Below, piece by piece: positions 7,664-16,286 of a DNA stretch of 24,545 nt. Origin of the DNA: a virus (Duplodnaviria; Caudoviricetes). Made by a program: the position numbers and the translations under genes. The stretch spans positions 1 through 24,545 of IMG/VR virus record IMGVR_UViG_3300033067_000081; one strand, 5' to 3'. Positions within the stretch are counted from its first letter, which is position 1; each line of letters begins with the position of its first letter. The notes below the pieces were generated by a model, which ran no database searches, was not told where the DNA came from, and saw only the letters and a list, made by a program, of their open reading frames with translations.

Positions 7664-7700
7664 ATCCCATAAATAATTGATATAGTTGTATTTATGGGAT
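7664..7700. promoter_or_regulatory. Divergent late-promoter pair inside a perfect 12-bp inverted repeat
   Basis: ATCCCATAAATA (7664-7675), a 13-nt spacer, then TATTTATGGGAT (7689-7700). Each arm holds a TAAATA box oriented toward one of the two divergent genes. Confidence 0.7.
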
Positions 7701-7706
7701 GAAAAA

Positions 7707-10046
7707 ATGGCTGATGGAATATCAAGAGATGAGATGCGGGACTTATTTAAAGAGTTCTTCGGCGGCACCACACCAGGCAAGCCAGGGAAATCTCGCGATC
7801 TCTCTGACAAGTCAGTTGCAGATTTACAAAAAGAAGTTAATGGACTAATTAGAGGGTTCAACGACTCGCGGTCCAAAATTACCAAGTTTAACGACTTGAT
7901 GAAAGGTGCCCAAAAGACGGCAGTAACTGTAGATCAGTTCAATGACGAGCTAAAAGCACTAGACGAAGCAATTTCTAAGTCCACAGATACAGCAGATACA
8001 GCAGCATTACAAGAAAAGAAACGTGATCTTCAACGTGCTGTTGCACACAATAACAACATTGCAATGGTGCAGAACTTTACACAGGAATTGCGTAAAGTTG
8101 CAACGGTGGGCCTACAAGGTGCTGGTAGTTTTGTTAAAGGATTGCAATCGGGTGGCACAGGAATTGACTTAGCTGCTGGGCTAATGTCCACTAGTGCCGA
8201 AATGGCAGGGCAAACTAGCCGAGCCTTGGGCGATGCTATGGGCACAGCCGGCCAAACAATGATGACTAGCACTAACCCTAGACTAAAAGCACTTGGGGCA
8301 ATTGCAAGTGTTGTTGGGCCTGCCTTGGGTTCATTGGGCGAAGGTGCTAGTAAGTTAGCAAAATTTGGTATTGACGTCCTAAGCAAAGAAGTAGAGAAAA
8401 CAGTAAAAGCGTTTCACGATGCATCATCTAGTGGCGCACTGTTTGCTGGGGGAATGTCAGAGCTTAGAGATACTGCTGGCGCCGCAGGATTAACTGTTGA
8501 TCAATTTGCAAACGTGCTAAAGGCAAATAGCGAAACGATCAGTGCTGCTGGTATGGGTGTTAGTGAAGGCTCTAAGCGTATTGGCTTAGCATTAAACGCC
8601 GGTGGCTCGCAGATGAAGACTCAACTGCAAAAACTAGGATTTGGATTCGAAGAACAAGCGGGATTAGTTGCTGACACAATGGCACTTATGCGCCAAAGCG
8701 GCAAGGCAGCATTGCCACCTGAGCAAGTTGCAGCAGAGACACAGAAGTATGCAGAGAACTTGCGAACCATAAGTGCAATCACCGGAGAAGATGCTAAAAA
8801 GAAAATGGAACAGGTTAAACAGCAAGCTAACCAATTGGCGTTCCAACAAAAATTAGCACAGCTTGGGCCAGAACAACGTGCTGCAACGTTGCGGGCCATG
8901 ACTAACATGAGTGACCTAGAGCGTAAAAACTTTATGGACATGGTTAATTTTGGCACTGTTATTAACAAAGAAGGTGCCGCAGCCCAAGCAATGAGCCAGG
9001 GGTTAACTGACAGCGTTAGCGAAAGTTATGCAGCGTTCCAGCAAGGGCAGCTAGACGACACTAAACAGCGTCAGATATCTGCGGCACACGGCGAAGCAAT
9101 TAAGCAAGACCTATTAGGTAACGAAGCAATCGCTGCCGCTGGTGCAGCAGGGGTTGGCGGACTAGCACAAGCCCTAAGCGAGAGCATGGGCAAAGAGCTT
9201 GAATTTAGAAACAAGTTTACTCCAGAAGCAATTGCCGCTGGCGAAGCTGGGGTTGAAGGGCAAAAGAACGCAACTGATAAGTTAACTGAATCAGTGACTG
9301 GTGCAGAACAAGCTGCACAAAATTTAAAACTTGCATTGCAAGACACATTAACACCGGCCATTGGTCAATTCGCTGAAGTTTCTAAGGCAATGCTAGGCGA
9401 AGTACAGAAGATGCTTAAAGAAGCTGGCATTAAGTCCGGAACTGAGCCGCCCGAGGAAAAAGGTTTCATTGGTAAGTCACTGGACTGGCTCAAGGATAGC
9501 AAAGCCATTTCAACTAGTTTAGCAGTAGGTGGTACCGCAGCAATGATCGGCGGAGCAGGTGCAAGTGCTACTGGGGTCGGGGCCATTGCAGGTATTCCGT
9601 TGGCAACAATTGGCGGCGTTATGTCTGGATTAGGCATGTTGGCAGGCGCCATGGGATTTGCTAAAGGCGGAGTTGCAACAGGTCCGGATTCTGGATACTT
9701 GACTAAGCTACACGGCAATGAGTTGATTGTCCCGTTAACCGATGCAGGTGGGCCAAAGCCCGGTACTGAGGGATTTGACGGCTTGATGAACATGGTGTCC
9801 GGACTGTTTAACACTAAGGACAAAGGTGAAACAACACCTGCACCAAAAGAAGCAGCACCGTCTAGCAGTTCAATTGACAGTTTAATGAGCGCATTAATGG
9901 CTTCTAAGGACTCGGGGTCAACGGATGAGTTGCTCAAGGAACAGAACGAATTGTTAAAGCAGGCATTGAGCAAGTATGAAGACATGCTAAGTGCAATGGA
10001 AGACAACGCAAACATGACAGAGAAACTTCTGCATGTAATGAATTAA
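7707..10046 (+). CDS. Tape-measure-like / baseplate hub protein
   Basis: 779 aa, Ala/Gly/Gln-rich and helical-looking, with Gly-rich hydrophobic segments. The C-terminal GFAKGGVATGP.SGY...LHG.E.IVPL motif is common in tape measure proteins. Divergent from gp26/gp51-like genes. ATG 7707 is preferred over TTG 7686. Confidence 0.7.
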   Translation: MADGISRDEMRDLFKEFFGGTTPGKPGKSRDLSDKSVADLQKEVNGLIRGFNDSRSKITKFNDLMKGAQKTAVTVDQFNDELKALDEAISKSTDTADTAALQEKKRDLQRAVAHNNNIAMVQNFTQELRKVATVGLQGAGSFVKGLQSGGTGIDLAAGLMSTSAEMAGQTSRALGDAMGTAGQTMMTSTNPRLKALGAIASVVGPALGSLGEGASKLAKFGIDVLSKEVEKTVKAFHDASSSGALFAGGMSELRDTAGAAGLTVDQFANVLKANSETISAAGMGVSEGSKRIGLALNAGGSQMKTQLQKLGFGFEEQAGLVADTMALMRQSGKAALPPEQVAAETQKYAENLRTISAITGEDAKKKMEQVKQQANQLAFQQKLAQLGPEQRAATLRAMTNMSDLERKNFMDMVNFGTVINKEGAAAQAMSQGLTDSVSESYAAFQQGQLDDTKQRQISAAHGEAIKQDLLGNEAIAAAGAAGVGGLAQALSESMGKELEFRNKFTPEAIAAGEAGVEGQKNATDKLTESVTGAEQAAQNLKLALQDTLTPAIGQFAEVSKAMLGEVQKMLKEAGIKSGTEPPEEKGFIGKSLDWLKDSKAISTSLAVGGTAAMIGGAGASATGVGAIAGIPLATIGGVMSGLGMLAGAMGFAKGGVATGPDSGYLTKLHGNELIVPLTDAGGPKPGTEGFDGLMNMVSGLFNTKDKGETTPAPKEAAPSSSSIDSLMSALMASKDSGSTDELLKEQNELLKQALSKYEDMLSAMEDNANMTEKLLHVMN

Positions 10047-10052
10047 ACCCGG

Positions 10053-10058
10053 TAAATA
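10053..10058 (+). promoter_or_regulatory. T4-type late promoter core (TAAATA) for the portal gene
   Basis: GGTAAATATA in the short intergenic gap, 21 nt before ATG 10080; matches the core of the T4 TATAAATA consensus. Confidence 0.6.
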
Positions 10059-10079
10059 TAGCATACCGGAAAAATATAT

Positions 10080-11786
10080 ATGGCAACGTGGAAAAAGTAT
10101 TTTAAATCAGCGAATGTACCAACTAACGTAAGTCCGTTGGGCAATGGCCGCGCAATTGACCCTGGCTATCGTAACTATCAAAGTACGTTGCCAGAAGTGT
10201 ATATTGGCCACCCTAACCGTATTGAGCGTTACAACCAATACGAACAAATGGATATGGACAGTGAAGTTAACGCAGCTTTGGATATTTTAGCTGAATTTAG
10301 CACACAAAAGAACTTAGAAAACAACACAGCGTTTGATATCCACTTTAAAGATAAGCCGACTGATAACGAAGTAAAGATTATCAAAGAGCAGTTACAACAA
10401 TGGGTTGCTCTAAACGAATTCAACAAACGTATTTTCAAGATTTTCCGTAACACTATCAAGTACGGTGACCAAGTGTTTATCCGTGATCCAGAGACTTTTA
10501 AGCTATTCTGGACTGAAATGAGCAAGGTCACTAAAGTCATTGTCAACGAAGCAGAGGGCAAGAAGCCCGAGCAGTACATTGTTAGAGACTTGAATCCTAA
10601 CTTCCAGAACTTAACAGTGACAGCAGTTAGTACCAGCGATACATATTCTAATCATCCGCAAGTTGGCGGCCCGAGCGGCAGCTACATTCAGCCAAACGCC
10701 CCGACAAGTGGTGGCGGACGTTTTAGTCATCAGCAAAACGAAGCAGTTATTAATGCAGAGCACGTGGTCCACATTAGCTTAACTGAGGGCTTGGACGTAT
10801 TTTGGCCGTTTGGCAACAGCGTTTTAGAAAACATCTTTAAAGTATTCAAGCAAAAAGAATTGCTAGAAGACAGTATCATTATCTACCGTGTGCAACGTGC
10901 GCCGGAGCGCCGTATCTTTAAGATTGACGTAGGTAACATGCCAACACACATGGCCATGGCATTCGTTGATCGTATTAAAAACGAAGTTAGTCAACGCCGT
11001 ATTCCTACACAAACAGGTGGCGGTGCTAACATGATGGATGCAACGTACAATCCATTAAGCACAAACGAAGATTATTTCTTCCCTGTGACAGCAGACGGCC
11101 GAGGTTCTAGTGTTGATACACTACCGGGCGGTCAAAACCTAGGCGAAATCACCGATTTACGCTTCTTTACTAACAAATTATTCCGCGGTTTGCGTATTCC
11201 TAGTAGCTATTTGCCTACTGGACTAGATGACGGCACACACAGCATGAGTGACGGCAAGGTTGGTACTGCACTTATCCAAGAATGGCGCTTTAACCAGTAC
11301 TGCAAGCGTTTGCAGTCAATGATTGTTGAAAAGCTAGATCAAGAGTTTAAGATGTTTATGCGCTGGAGAGGCATCAACATTGACGGATCCTTGTTTGATC
11401 TTATCTTTAAAGAGCCGCAAAACTTTGCACAATACAGTCAAGCGGAAGCAGATACTGCCCGCATTGCAACATTTACACAATTGGAGCAGTATCCGTATTT
11501 CTCTAAGCGCTGGTTAATGGAACGTTTCTTGGGATTAAGCGAACAAGAGATGAACGAAAACGAACGTTTGTGGTCAGAAGAGCAAGGCGATGTAGAAGCA
11601 GCACCCGCCCCTGGCGCAGACTTGCGAAGCGTTGGCGTTACTCCGGGTGGCATTACTAGCGACTTAGAAGCGGTGGCGCCTGCACCAGATCAAGGATTGG
11701 GTATGCCGGGAGAAGCCGGAGCACCTGTACCAGGAGCACCTGCACCAGGTGCCGGAGCACCCTTAGGAGGCCCTGCGCCAATGTAA
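10080..11786 (+). CDS. gp20: Portal vertex protein
   Basis: T4 gp20 motifs LLEDSIIIYRVQRAPERRIFKIDVGNMP and EDYFFP...GRGSSVDTLPGGQNLG...F..KL.RGLRIP.S. Pro/Gly/Ala-rich C-terminal tail. Confidence 0.96.
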   Translation: MATWKKYFKSANVPTNVSPLGNGRAIDPGYRNYQSTLPEVYIGHPNRIERYNQYEQMDMDSEVNAALDILAEFSTQKNLENNTAFDIHFKDKPTDNEVKIIKEQLQQWVALNEFNKRIFKIFRNTIKYGDQVFIRDPETFKLFWTEMSKVTKVIVNEAEGKKPEQYIVRDLNPNFQNLTVTAVSTSDTYSNHPQVGGPSGSYIQPNAPTSGGGRFSHQQNEAVINAEHVVHISLTEGLDVFWPFGNSVLENIFKVFKQKELLEDSIIIYRVQRAPERRIFKIDVGNMPTHMAMAFVDRIKNEVSQRRIPTQTGGGANMMDATYNPLSTNEDYFFPVTADGRGSSVDTLPGGQNLGEITDLRFFTNKLFRGLRIPSSYLPTGLDDGTHSMSDGKVGTALIQEWRFNQYCKRLQSMIVEKLDQEFKMFMRWRGINIDGSLFDLIFKEPQNFAQYSQAEADTARIATFTQLEQYPYFSKRWLMERFLGLSEQEMNENERLWSEEQGDVEAAPAPGADLRSVGVTPGGITSDLEAVAPAPDQGLGMPGEAGAPVPGAPAPGAGAPLGGPAPM

Positions 11787-11800
11787 TTTTGGCAAATGGG

Positions 11801-11806
11801 TAAATA
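11801..11806 (+). promoter_or_regulatory. Late promoter core (TAAATA)
   Basis: GGGTAAATACTATTATG; the box ends 6 nt before the ATG at 11812. Confidence 0.55.
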
Positions 11807-11811
11807 CTATT

Positions 11812-12054
11812 ATGTTTATAACTGAGTTATTTGAGCCAACTGCACCCGGATATCGTACTGAAAAAGACGATAGCAGTGTACAGCATCTGAGCGATTTGCG
11901 TAAAACTAAGATCACTTTTGCACATTTGAACAAGTTGCGCATGGCAAACGATGTGCGCAGATTTGAGCACGAAGACAAGTTAAAGAAAGTTAGTAAGCAG
12001 TACAAAGCCCCTGCAGAAGCTGCAATGGGCGGCGGAATTCCGGCTGGAATCTAA
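11812..12054 (+). CDS. Small basic protein of the head module (hypothetical, in the position of T4 gp67/gp68)
   Basis: 80-aa ORF filling the gap between the portal and the acidic core gene, with its own TAAATA box. Confidence 0.7.
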   Translation: MFITELFEPTAPGYRTEKDDSSVQHLSDLRKTKITFAHLNKLRMANDVRRFEHEDKLKKVSKQYKAPAEAAMGGGIPAGI

Positions 12055-12113
12055 TTATCTCTGAAAACAACCTCAAAAAACACCGATATTACGCCATTAT
12101 CTGCGTAGATTTG

Positions 12114-12119
12114 TAAATA
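12114..12119 (+). promoter_or_regulatory. Late promoter core (TAAATA)
   Basis: TGTAAATAA in intergenic DNA upstream of an AAGGA RBS and ATG 12157. Confidence 0.6.
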
Positions 12120-12156
12120 ACTTTACAAGCCATATTATTGAAAGGATCATTTTAAT

Positions 12157-13200
12157 ATGAACAAATACGAACAGTTGATTGAACACATCATCAACGAAAA
12201 CGAACAAGCAGCTCGTGAGCTTTTCCACTCTATCGTGGTTGAAAAGTCTCGTGAGATTTATGAAAGCCTAATGGACGAAGATCAAGTCGAAGAAAACATT
12301 GATCAGTACGACCAACAAGGCGACCTAGCAAGCGATGTCCAAAGCGACGAAACTGATGGCCTAGGTGAAGACGACAATGAAATGGGCGACATTGAATTAG
12401 ATGCCGGCGATGACATGGGTGACGACTTAGGTGGTGACGACATGGGCAGCGACATGGGTGACGACTTAGGTGGTGACGACATGGGTGGCGAAGGCGATGT
12501 TGAAGGTAAGTTCCAAGACATCAAGTCTGCTATTGACGAATTGCAAGCTGAATTTGACAAGCTAATGGGCACAGATGAGCCAGCTGACGAATTTGGTGGT
12601 GACGAAGAAGTTGGCGCAGATGAGCCAGCTGACGAATTTGGTGGTGACGAAGAAGTTGGCGCAGATGAGCCAGCTGACGACATGTTTGCCGAAGGTGAAA
12701 ACCCATTTGCTAAAGGCTCTGGATCTGGTAAAAGCGGTTCTGGCAAGTCTGGTAGCGGCAAAAGCGGTTCTGGCAAGTCTGGTTCCGGCGCAGCAATGAG
12801 CGAAGCTGAAATGATGCGTGAATACGTAGAAAAGATTTCTGCTCCTGCTAACACAGAAGGCACACCAGTCGGCACAGGTAACAAAACTCCTCGTGCAAGC
12901 GTAAACACAAAGAACCCACTAGCTGGTAAGAATGACATGGGCGGTTCTGCAAAGAACATTGCTAATGGCAAGTCTGACGCTGGCGATGTTGACGGCACAA
13001 GCACAAAAGCTAAAGCCGGTGGTTTTGTTAAGCCAGCACAAGAAATTGACGTTGCAAAGCGTAACGTAAATAAAGTTGGTGGCAACAAAGGCGCACAAGA
13101 TTTTTACAATACAAAGGCTAAAGGCAAAGATGCCGAAGGCCAAACTACTGACGGTTCAGTCTCTGTTAACAAGCAGAGTCTTGAAGGCGGTAAGAAGTAA
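12157..13200 (+). CDS. Acidic prohead core / internal scaffolding-type protein
   Basis: Lies between portal and protease. Helical N-terminus, very Asp/Glu-rich repetitive middle, GSGKS linker and Lys/Gly-rich C-terminus. AAGGA RBS. Confidence 0.7.
   Translation: MNKYEQLIEHIINENEQAARELFHSIVVEKSREIYESLMDEDQVEENIDQYDQQGDLASDVQSDETDGLGEDDNEMGDIELDAGDDMGDDLGGDDMGSDMGDDLGGDDMGGEGDVEGKFQDIKSAIDELQAEFDKLMGTDEPADEFGGDEEVGADEPADEFGGDEEVGADEPADDMFAEGENPFAKGSGSGKSGSGKSGSGKSGSGKSGSGAAMSEAEMMREYVEKISAPANTEGTPVGTGNKTPRASVNTKNPLAGKNDMGGSAKNIANGKSDAGDVDGTSTKAKAGGFVKPAQEIDVAKRNVNKVGGNKGAQDFYNTKAKGKDAEGQTTDGSVSVNKQSLEGGKK
12412..12485 (+). repeat. Coding tandem repeat, 39-nt period (DMGDDLGGDDMG), 2 copies
   Basis: gacatgggtgacgacttaggtggtgacgacatggg at 12412 and 12451. 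Confidence 0.9.
12572..12680 (+). repeat. Coding tandem repeat, 45-nt period (DEPADEFGGDEEVGA), about 2.4 copies
   Basis: gatgagccagctgacga at 12574, 12619 and 12664; the first two units are identical. Confidence 0.92.
12715..12789 (+). repeat. Coding GSGKS repeat (15-nt unit, 30-nt DNA period)
   Basis: aaaagcggttctggcaagtctggt at 12730 and 12760; protein GSGSGKSGSGKSGSGKSGSGKSGSG. Confidence 0.88.
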
Positions 13201-13213
13201 TTAGGGCAATAAT

Positions 13214-13840
13214 ATGGCTTTGTACCTAAAAGAGAACCTTACATTTGATCGAGCCGGGATGATTGTTGAGTCCGCGGAAGACGGTAAGAATCTCTATATG
13301 AAGGGGATATTCATTGAGGGAGGCGTGAAGAACGCCAACCAACGTGTTTATCCCGTTCACGAAATTGCAAAAGCTGTAGATACCATCAATGAACAAATCA
13401 AAGGTGGTTATTCAGTCCTAGGTGAAGTTGATCACCCAGACGATTTAAAAATTAACCTTGACCGAGTCAGCCATATGATTGAAAACATGTGGATGGACGG
13501 CCCTTGTGGCTACGGTAAACTAAAAGTCCTGCCAACTCCAATGGGCGAGCTTGTAAAAGCTATGCTATCCAGTGGTGTTAAGTTGGGCGTTAGCAGCCGC
13601 GGTTCTGGTAATGTTAATGAAGGCAGTGGACATGTTAGCGATTTTGAAATCGTTACTGTGGACATTGTAGCCCAGCCAAGCGCTCCTCATGCTTATCCTA
13701 AAGCAATTTATGAAGGTTTGATGAACATGCGTGGCGGCAACCAAATTTTTGAGATGGCACGTGACGCTACTCAAGATCAAAAAGTACAAAAGTACATGAA
13801 AGAAGCGATGACACGCTTCATCAAAGACCTTAAGATATAA
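13214..13840 (+). CDS. gp21: Prohead protease
   Basis: KNANQRVYP, GEVDHP (His), GVSSRGSG (Ser) and DIVAQPS.P.A motifs of the T4 gp21 family. Confidence 0.95.
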   Translation: MALYLKENLTFDRAGMIVESAEDGKNLYMKGIFIEGGVKNANQRVYPVHEIAKAVDTINEQIKGGYSVLGEVDHPDDLKINLDRVSHMIENMWMDGPCGYGKLKVLPTPMGELVKAMLSSGVKLGVSSRGSGNVNEGSGHVSDFEIVTVDIVAQPSAPHAYPKAIYEGLMNMRGGNQIFEMARDATQDQKVQKYMKEAMTRFIKDLKI

Positions 13841-13852
13841 CAGGAGAACCTA

Positions 13853-14962
13853 ATGTTAGATGCTATCAAACCATTGCTAGATAGTGGCATTATTAACGAA
13901 AGCACACAGCAGGCTATCAATGAGGCTTGGGAAGCTCGTCTTTCCGAAGCTAAAGAGACTGTCCGCGCTGAACTTCGTGAAGAATTTGCTCAACGCTATC
14001 TGCATGACAAACAAGTCATGGTTGAGGCTCTAGACAAAATGGTAACTGAGAGTCTTACTGCTGAATTAGCAGAATTCCAAGAAGAAAAGAAGGCGCTAGC
14101 TGAAGACCGTGTGAAGTTCAAAACTCACATGAGCGAAAGCGCAGGCAAGTTCAACAACTTCATGGTAAGCAAGCTAAGTGAAGAAATTCAAGAATTACGT
14201 AAAGACCGCAAGGTTTACGAAAACTCTATCAGTAAGTTAGAAAACTTTGTAATCAAGGCTTTAGCCGAAGAGATCAAAGAATTCGAACAAGACAAACAAG
14301 CTGTAGTTGAAACCAAAGTCCGCTTAATTGCTGGCGCTAAGGACAAACTAGCAGAACTACAACAGCAATTTATTGCTCGCAGTTCTACACTTGTTAAAGA
14401 AGCTGTTGCCAAGAATTTAGAGTCAGAATTGACTCAACTAAAAGAAGACATCCAAATTGCTCGCGAGAACATGTTCGGTCGTCGTCTATTTGAAGCTTTT
14501 GCTAGCGAGTTCAGCGTTACTCACTTAAATGAGAACAAAGAAATTGCCAAGTTGCAAGCTGCATTGACAAAGAAAGAGCAAGCAATTGCTGAATCTCGTC
14601 GTGCTGCCGAAGAAGCTGCATTGTTAGTTGAATCAAAAGAAAAAGAGATTCGTGTAATCAAGGAATCTGCAGAACGTAAGTCCTTAATGGCTGATCTAAT
14701 GAAACCGTTGAGTAAAGAGAAGGCCGCTGTTATGAGCGAACTTCTTGAAAGTGTACAGACTGCAAAGTTGCAGGGTGCATACGAAAAATATCTACCAGCC
14801 GTATTAAACAATAAAGCCTCTGTCGCTGCACCTGCTCAACAAAAGCAAGTGATCGCAGAAAGCCGTGTTGAAGTAACTGGAGATAAGGCTGCTAAAACTG
14901 CCGCGGAAACAAGAGTTGACACTAATGTCATCGACTTGAAGCGTTTAGCAGGGCTAAAATAA
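13853..14962 (+). CDS. gp22: Prohead core scaffolding protein
   Basis: Glu/Lys/Ala-rich coiled coil between protease and MCP, with AGGAG RBS. G.RLFEAF-type motif and many hydrophobic-x-E sites. Confidence 0.8.
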   Translation: MLDAIKPLLDSGIINESTQQAINEAWEARLSEAKETVRAELREEFAQRYLHDKQVMVEALDKMVTESLTAELAEFQEEKKALAEDRVKFKTHMSESAGKFNNFMVSKLSEEIQELRKDRKVYENSISKLENFVIKALAEEIKEFEQDKQAVVETKVRLIAGAKDKLAELQQQFIARSSTLVKEAVAKNLESELTQLKEDIQIARENMFGRRLFEAFASEFSVTHLNENKEIAKLQAALTKKEQAIAESRRAAEEAALLVESKEKEIRVIKESAERKSLMADLMKPLSKEKAAVMSELLESVQTAKLQGAYEKYLPAVLNNKASVAAPAQQKQVIAESRVEVTGDKAAKTAAETRVDTNVIDLKRLAGLK

Positions 14963-14987
14963 AACCCTAATTAGGAGAAAAAACAAA

Positions 14988-16178
14988 ATGACAACCGCAT
15001 TACTAGAAAGCCGTTGGGGCGAAACCAAAGACGCCCTGTTAGAAGGCTTAAATGGTTCTAAGAGAACTACTATGGGCGTGATCCTTGAGAACACCCGTAA
15101 ACACTTGGCAGAATCTGCTACCGCTGGTGGTACTTCTGCAGGTAGCGTAGCTACACTAAACCGCGTTATTTTACCGGTTATCCGTCGTGTTATGCCTACC
15201 GTTATCGCTAACGAAATCGTTGGTGTTCAACCTATGACTGGCCCAGTTGCTCAGATCCATACATTGCGTGTTCGCTATGCTGACGGAGTTACACACTCTG
15301 GCGATGCTAGCCAAACAACCGCAGCTGGTGACGAAGCACTAAGCCCATTCAAGATTGCTACTCAGTATTCTGGAAGCACATTCCAAGGTACTGGCGCTGG
15401 CAAAGCTAACAGCACTGCTACAATGGAAGGCGTACCTGGTAACCGTATCAACGTACAAATCTTGAAGCAAGTTGTTGAAGCTAAGACACGTAAGTTGAGC
15501 GCACGTTGGACATTCGAAGCTGCACAAGATGCACAAGCTATGCATGGTATCGACGTTGAAGCTGAAGTTATGGCCGCTTTGGCACAAGAAATCACCGTTG
15601 AAATCGACCAAGAGATCTTAGGTTCTCTACGTTCGTTGGCAGCAACTGAATTCACATACAACCAAGCTACCGTTTCTGGTACTGCTACTTTCGTTGGTGA
15701 CGAACACGCTGCTCTAGCTGTTCTTATCAACCGTGCAGCTAACTTGATCGCCCAACGTACACGTCGTGGCGCAGGTAACTGGGCTGTTGTTTCTAGCGCT
15801 GCATTGACAGTATTGCAATCTGCAACTACTTCTGCTTTTGCTCGTACAACAGAAGGTACTTTCGAAGCTCCTACAAACACTAAGTTTGTTGGTACTTTGA
15901 ACGGTGCTATGCGTGTATACGTAGACGGTTACGCACAAGACAGCCAATCTGTATTGGTTGGTTACAAAGGTTCCAGCGAAGCTGATGCGGCAGCGTTCTA
16001 CTGCCCATACGTACCGTTGATGAGTTCTGGTGTTGTTCTTGACCCAGCAACCTTCGAACCAGTCGTTGGTTTCATGACACGCTACGGTTACGTAGAGTTG
16101 ACAAACACAGCTAGCTCTTTGGGCAACGCTGGTGACTACTTGGCTGAAATTGCTGTAAGCAACTTGAGCTTCCAGTAA
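14988..16178 (+). CDS. gp23: Major capsid protein
   Basis: T4 gp23 motifs IRRVMP..IA.EIVGVQPMTGP, VEAKTRKL.ARWT.E.AQD..A.HGID.E.E, EIDQEI, FYCPYVPL and F.P..GF.TRYG. Likely maturation site LAE|S. AGGAG RBS. Confidence 0.97.
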   Translation: MTTALLESRWGETKDALLEGLNGSKRTTMGVILENTRKHLAESATAGGTSAGSVATLNRVILPVIRRVMPTVIANEIVGVQPMTGPVAQIHTLRVRYADGVTHSGDASQTTAAGDEALSPFKIATQYSGSTFQGTGAGKANSTATMEGVPGNRINVQILKQVVEAKTRKLSARWTFEAAQDAQAMHGIDVEAEVMAALAQEITVEIDQEILGSLRSLAATEFTYNQATVSGTATFVGDEHAALAVLINRAANLIAQRTRRGAGNWAVVSSAALTVLQSATTSAFARTTEGTFEAPTNTKFVGTLNGAMRVYVDGYAQDSQSVLVGYKGSSEADAAAFYCPYVPLMSSGVVLDPATFEPVVGFMTRYGYVELTNTASSLGNAGDYLAEIAVSNLSFQ

Positions 16179-16230
16179 TCAAGGAATCCTCTGTTCGGGA
16201 GCCCAGGCAACTGGGTTACAGGGAAGGAGC

Positions 16231-16258
16231 AAAGAAGCGCCGCAAGGCGCTTTTTTGT
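16231..16258 (+). terminator. Intrinsic terminator after gp23
   Basis: AAGCGCC-GCAA-GGCGCTT followed by a T-tract. Confidence 0.88.
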
Positions 16259-16280
16259 TGGCTAAATTTAATTATTACGG

Positions 16281-16286
16281 TAAATA
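16281..16286 (+). promoter_or_regulatory. Late promoter core (TAAATA)
   Basis: GGTAAATATAAT directly after the gp23 terminator. Confidence 0.6.

Noticed and set aside
7658-7885. N-terminal extension of the gp26-like ORF to 7885, as in the ORF track
   Set aside because: It overlaps the divergent tape-measure-like gene and the promoter pair. ATG 7657 fits the promoter position and family-like N-terminus.
12412-12789. Non-coding repeat array, or Walker A (GSGKS) NTPase motifs
   Set aside because: The repeats are in-frame coding duplications. GSGKS is tandemly repeated in a low-complexity linker without the preceding beta-strand or a Walker B motif.
13067-13072. Internal TAAATA upstream of gp21
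   Set aside because: It lies within coding sequence about 140 nt from the next ATG, and a hexamer is expected by chance. It cannot be supported without TSS data.
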